A stretch of DNA of 31,982 nucleotides from Promethearchaeota archaeon Loki_b31 (lineage in GTDB: Archaea; Asgardarchaeota; Lokiarchaeia; Sigyniarchaeales; SOKP01). The notes under the pieces were generated by a model. The model did not search any database, had not been told where the DNA came from, and was given only the letters and a program-made list of their open reading frames with translations. The position numbers and the translations under genes were made by a program. The stretch lies in the NCBI GenBank assembly GCA_005222975.1, contig NJBI01000039.1, forward strand, positions 1 to 31,982, in the 5' to 3' direction. This document shows positions 27,713-31,982 of the stretch, in pieces (the first letter of the stretch is position 1; each line of letters begins with the position of its first letter).

Positions 27713-30700
27713 ATGTGTGGGATGTATAAAAATAATAACGCCTCAAACAGGGCTAGAAAAGAAAATAACGCTACCCTAGACGAAGATTCGGACACTCGTT
27801 CGAATTTGTTAGATATATGGAGAGTGAATCCGGCTTATAGAGACATCGATTTAAAATATTCACAAATAAGAAGTGTGTCCGTATTAGTAATATCGATCCT
27901 TATATTTTATTTCTCTTATCTTATATTTAGAAATTTATACCTAGCAATTGGAATTACTGTATTTTTTATTGTTGGTTTTATGTTCGAAAAACTGTTAAGC
28001 GTGTATCATAACGTATCGAAAGCGTTCTACGAGGCTGTTCAGGTGGAGCCCTTCGAAGACTTTGATATCTGTAAATTAGTTGAGGACCCAGCGTCTATTT
28101 TAATAGTAAACAAGAAAACCGCAACTAATCTAATCACGCGAATTTTTCAGATAGAGGTTCTTCCTGAAAATGTCAATCCTACGCTCAATCAGTTTATAAA
28201 GGCTCTTGGGAGTGCAGAGTTGGAATACTCTTATCAAGTAGTTCAAAAACCTATGATAAATCTAACGAAGAACGAAATAAAGGGCGATAAAAACTCAAAA
28301 TTAGACTCGTATCAAATAGTAAATTCAAGCGATTCGTTCCAAACTTCAATCTATTTTAGCGTATTTTACCGTATAAACGGGATTTTAGGAGAAACTAAAA
28401 AATGGGAGTTGATGGAGACAATAAGCATGTATTCCAATAGATTTAAATCTAACTTTAGCGATAATTTCCATCACACGAAAATTACTCTCCTCTCAGGAAT
28501 TAAGTTAATTAATGCGATAAGGATCCTAACTTTCAATCAATCCGTAGACTTACCCGCTGTAAAAGAAGTAAATTTGAGCAAGAATGGTTATTTAGCGCGA
28601 TTTTTTATAAAAATGTGCTTTTTACTTATCGCGCTTGGTTACCTTTGGTTCGTTTTAGATTCATTCAAAATACATCCAGTAATTGTGGTAATATCTGAAA
28701 CTGTACTAATTATATTTTGTTTTTTTGTTTGGTGGCGTGATATTTTATATGTTTTTACAAATATTTATCTTAAACGGTCAAATCAAATCTCTGTGCTTAG
28801 CCCTTTTGAAGACGTCACGTTTTACCAATTAAAGAGTTATAAGGACCTTCTTTTTGCAAATATTGATAACAAGTTATTAACTGCTGTCAAAATTATGAAC
28901 TTGAGAATGGCAGTACAACCTATGTTAACTTATCCCGATAAGTTTTTCAGAGCGTTAAATAGTCATCAAATTCCATACGCATACAGTTTATATGGGACTC
29001 CAATTTCGCCCCATACTTTTACCAAGGAATGCCTAAAAAGTTTAAATGAGCGTTCACGTGAAGGTTTAAAAGGAATTATATATGAAGTTCTTGACGAGCA
29101 AACTCCCAAGGTAAAACATCCTAAAATTGAATTTTCTAATTGGCTTCAAATGAGATCTGGAGTTTGGAAAACTATCTTAACTATTACCGCGATGTCTTAT
29201 AAATTTATTAGTAAGCTCGATATTAACGACTTTTTTGAACTAGGAGCAGAACTCTCCACCAATGCCACGGTTATGAAAGGTGCGTTTGAGGATAATTTTT
29301 TAAAGCTGACATTAACCGATTTAAATAAGCATTTATTGTTTTCCGGTTTTATCGGTATCAGTTTTAAAAATATGAATTTTAATCCGGCTGGCACGCGTTT
29401 GAGATACTTACATTTTCAAGGAAAAAATTTATTGAGGTTAGCTGAAATTTCAGGAGAATTTAAAAAAGGGATAACTACTAAGATTGCAGCGGAGTTTAAC
29501 ACCCCGATTCACTTAATAAACCACGCTATAATAGGTCAAACAATTAATACGGAATTTTTAGAGGAAGAGAAGCCTCTTGGATTCACATTTGAGCAATTTA
29601 AAAATTTACTAATCACCAATGGGATTGCTCGGGAACGCGAGTTCACTAAAATGAAAATTGCCGCTGAGTTGATAAAAACCCAAAAAGCTTGCGTGATATT
29701 TGATTTTTCAGGAGACTGGTCGAAATTAATTCGATATTTCGAAAATACCATGTACGAAGACAAATTTCTTCATTTTAAATTAGGAACCACATTTAACGTT
29801 AATTTATCGCAATCTGGCATCGAATACGATAATAACGTAGAGTATTTGAGTTTATTCTACGATGCTTTCGCTTTAGCTTATAAAGAGCAAAAAATCACGA
29901 TTGAAGCCTTGAAGAAATCGATTAAAAAAGAGGAGAATCTGGATTTCAATCCCCTTCTTTTAGATTACAGATACGATAAAGAATTTAAACCGTACATCAA
30001 GGATAATCGATTATTGAACCTTTTAGAGGAACTTACTAATCAGACTATCGTCTTCTCTAAAGAAGCATCTGAATTCGAGGATAACATAAATCCAATAGAT
30101 TTTGTAAAAAACGATAAAAGCGTCATTATCGATGTTTCTATTTTAAAGGATTTAGAAAATAAAGTTTTCATCTCGTTCGTTATTTTATCAAAAATCATTC
30201 ACTATATCAACAACTTTCCTGATTATACAGAAAAAATGATAATTATCCCCAATGTTGACGCTTTTTTTGATGCTAATTATCTGGATAGCAACTATACTAC
30301 AGCCAATTACGGAAAAATTGAGAAATTTTTAGAACCTTTGCGGAGACACGGTTTTGGGTTAATCTTTTCAGCAAATCAAATTAGATATCTTCATCCAAAT
30401 CTCTTAAATTACTTCCAAAACATCCTCTCGTTTAAAGCTACCGATTCAAGGGACATTGCTGTATTAAAAAACCAGATGAACCTTCAGGAATTACAGGGTT
30501 CTGGGTATTATAGTTCAAAAAGAAACAATACGTATCAAATTGACTATTTAAAAAATTTGAGGGACAACGAGGTAATCGTTAAAAGGGCTGATATCAACCA
30601 ACCGTTCCCTGGAATTATTACCTACGATTGGTTCCTTAAATCCTTACCTTTGACACACGATAAAATTATAAAATATATGGAACATCAGGGCTACAATTTG

Positions 30701-31588
30701 AAGCGTTCGGAGAGAAAAATATTAGATCAAGCTAAAAGAACCTTGTTTGAGAAAGACTTTGGTCTTTACTCATATTTCCTCGAGGATATTATGAATTTCT
30801 TGAATAATATTAAAACCCTTGATAAAGTAGGTCAACTTTACAAGGGAAAATTAAAAGAAGAACTTTTAAAACATATCAATCCAACCGCTCAAAAAAGAAA
30901 TTACGGCAAAAGAGTAATAAAAGAACTTCGAGACGAACTTTTTGAGCTCCTTGTAAGACACGACTATCTTGTGGAAAGTCATCCTAAACGAGCTAGCGGT
31001 TCTGAATCCATGCGGAGTTCCTTTGCAGTCGGACCACACTATGACGAAGCTTTACAAGACTACTCCGAATCTCAAAGAAACGCGGTAATTTCCTACGAAC
31101 CGATAAATGTAGAATCTGATAACTTCAATAACCTCAATAACTCCGTTAACTCCGATAATTATGAGAGTTCTTCTCAGGTGCGAAAAATCAACGCCAAAAA
31201 CCTAAAAAAAGCTTTTACCGAACATTTCAGCTCAATCTTATACTACGAACATTTTAAGATGTACCAAGCTATTAAAGACGGAAATTTTAAAGAATCGCTT
31301 AAAATCGGCAAAAACTTACTTAAAGAATTCCTTCTCGCCACATACAACTCCTATTATGGCGATAATTGCGCGATTACGGGCGCAGACATCAACAGATTTA
31401 TCGAGTCAATGTTGGAAGTCGAGTCCTTTCCGTTTACAGGAGACGATTTACTACAATTTTTAACCTCTTGTAAAAATATTGAAGTAAACGATTCGGTAAA
31501 AATAGCTGAAACCTGTAAAAATATCTTCCAAATGTATTCTACAATATTTAACGGCTTTAAACAATTCATATATTTGGAGGAGAATTAA
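27713..31588 (+). CDS. large membrane-anchored, degenerate HerA/FtsK/VirB4-superfamily ATPase-like protein
   Basis: Two TM hairpins; VIFDFSGDW, VIIDVS, RRHGFGLIFSANQ; Walker A and B positions degenerate. Confidence 0.7.
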   Translation: MCGMYKNNNASNRARKENNATLDEDSDTRSNLLDIWRVNPAYRDIDLKYSQIRSVSVLVISILIFYFSYLIFRNLYLAIGITVFFIVGFMFEKLLSVYHNVSKAFYEAVQVEPFEDFDICKLVEDPASILIVNKKTATNLITRIFQIEVLPENVNPTLNQFIKALGSAELEYSYQVVQKPMINLTKNEIKGDKNSKLDSYQIVNSSDSFQTSIYFSVFYRINGILGETKKWELMETISMYSNRFKSNFSDNFHHTKITLLSGIKLINAIRILTFNQSVDLPAVKEVNLSKNGYLARFFIKMCFLLIALGYLWFVLDSFKIHPVIVVISETVLIIFCFFVWWRDILYVFTNIYLKRSNQISVLSPFEDVTFYQLKSYKDLLFANIDNKLLTAVKIMNLRMAVQPMLTYPDKFFRALNSHQIPYAYSLYGTPISPHTFTKECLKSLNERSREGLKGIIYEVLDEQTPKVKHPKIEFSNWLQMRSGVWKTILTITAMSYKFISKLDINDFFELGAELSTNATVMKGAFEDNFLKLTLTDLNKHLLFSGFIGISFKNMNFNPAGTRLRYLHFQGKNLLRLAEISGEFKKGITTKIAAEFNTPIHLINHAIIGQTINTEFLEEEKPLGFTFEQFKNLLITNGIAREREFTKMKIAAELIKTQKACVIFDFSGDWSKLIRYFENTMYEDKFLHFKLGTTFNVNLSQSGIEYDNNVEYLSLFYDAFALAYKEQKITIEALKKSIKKEENLDFNPLLLDYRYDKEFKPYIKDNRLLNLLEELTNQTIVFSKEASEFEDNINPIDFVKNDKSVIIDVSILKDLENKVFISFVILSKIIHYINNFPDYTEKMIIIPNVDAFFDANYLDSNYTTANYGKIEKFLEPLRRHGFGLIFSANQIRYLHPNLLNYFQNILSFKATDSRDIAVLKNQMNLQELQGSGYYSSKRNNTYQIDYLKNLRDNEVIVKRADINQPFPGIITYDWFLKSLPLTHDKIIKYMEHQGYNLKRSERKILDQAKRTLFEKDFGLYSYFLEDIMNFLNNIKTLDKVGQLYKGKLKEELLKHINPTAQKRNYGKRVIKELRDELFELLVRHDYLVESHPKRASGSESMRSSFAVGPHYDEALQDYSESQRNAVISYEPINVESDNFNNLNNSVNSDNYESSSQVRKINAKNLKKAFTEHFSSILYYEHFKMYQAIKDGNFKESLKIGKNLLKEFLLATYNSYYGDNCAITGADINRFIESMLEVESFPFTGDDLLQFLTSCKNIEVNDSVKIAETCKNIFQMYSTIFNGFKQFIYLEEN

Positions 31589-31982
31589 ATGAAACCCGAC
31601 TGTTGGCACAGCGTAGTTAAAATTACGCAAGTCCCAGATATGAGCGGAAAAGACGATGGTGAGGTCTCGTGGCTTTGTGACCCTCTCAGCGCGCGTGAGA
31701 ACGAAGGAAATGTAGTGTATTGCACCAAATTTACGCTAGATAAAGAGTCCTTTTCTTGGAAATTTTATCTAAAAGAGGAAACCCGGAAAGAAGCAATTGA
31801 ATCAGGGTTTTGCTTTCTGGATTATCTGCAAGAATTATACCCCGGTTTAGATGGGAAAGTTAAGGTTAAGCCAATTTATTTAGAGCAAATTAGTAACGAC
31901 AGAAAATTTTCTGAATTAGTCTTGCCTGAGCCGCCATATCGCAAAAGAATAGATTTAATTAAAAGAATTATTAATCTTTTTT
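31589..31982 (+). CDS. hypothetical protein, runs off the window end (not in the ORF track)
   Basis: ATG directly after the preceding TAA; open to the end: MKPDCWHSVVKITQVPD...YLQELYPGLDG...IINLF. Confidence 0.75.
   Translation, partial: MKPDCWHSVVKITQVPDMSGKDDGEVSWLCDPLSARENEGNVVYCTKFTLDKESFSWKFYLKEETRKEAIESGFCFLDYLQELYPGLDGKVKVKPIYLEQISNDRKFSELVLPEPPYRKRIDLIKRIINLF

Noticed and set aside
1-31982. Selenoprotein UGA readthrough/SECIS, tRNA or rRNA genes
   Set aside because: No in-frame TGA at a conserved Cys position, and no cloverleaf or rRNA-like segment seen by eye

Overview
AT-rich archaeal chromosomal DNA, most likely from an Asgard archaeon (Lokiarchaeia-like; inferred from S4e, Rpp29, an OSTC/DC2-like protein, a TFE-beta/C34-like protein and Trm1). 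It has three parts. (1) 1-4800 is an accessory block: a Zn-dependent phospholipase C/P1-nuclease-fold protein, a DUF6602-like putative nuclease, and a 669-aa protein with six 66-aa HTH-like repeats plus a PD-(D/E)XK-like C-terminus. (2) 4860-25304 is core genome: a split ribosomal protein operon (S19-L22-S3-L29-Rpp29-S17-L14-L24-S4e), rbsK, ferredoxin, pepD, OSTC-like, gcvH, mptE, two RadA paralogues, rlmE, trm1 and a class I FBPase. (3) 25588-end is a probable accessory or mobile block with a TPR protein and a very large membrane-anchored, degenerate HerA/VirB4-like ATPase. The best finding is a 31-nt canonical bulge-helix-bulge (BHB) intron (11616-11646) inside a protein-coding gene for a small DPM2-like membrane protein. 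Removing it at the exact EndA cut sites restores the conserved C-terminus and swaps a basic tail for an acidic one. Family assignments come from motif recognition only; no searches were run.
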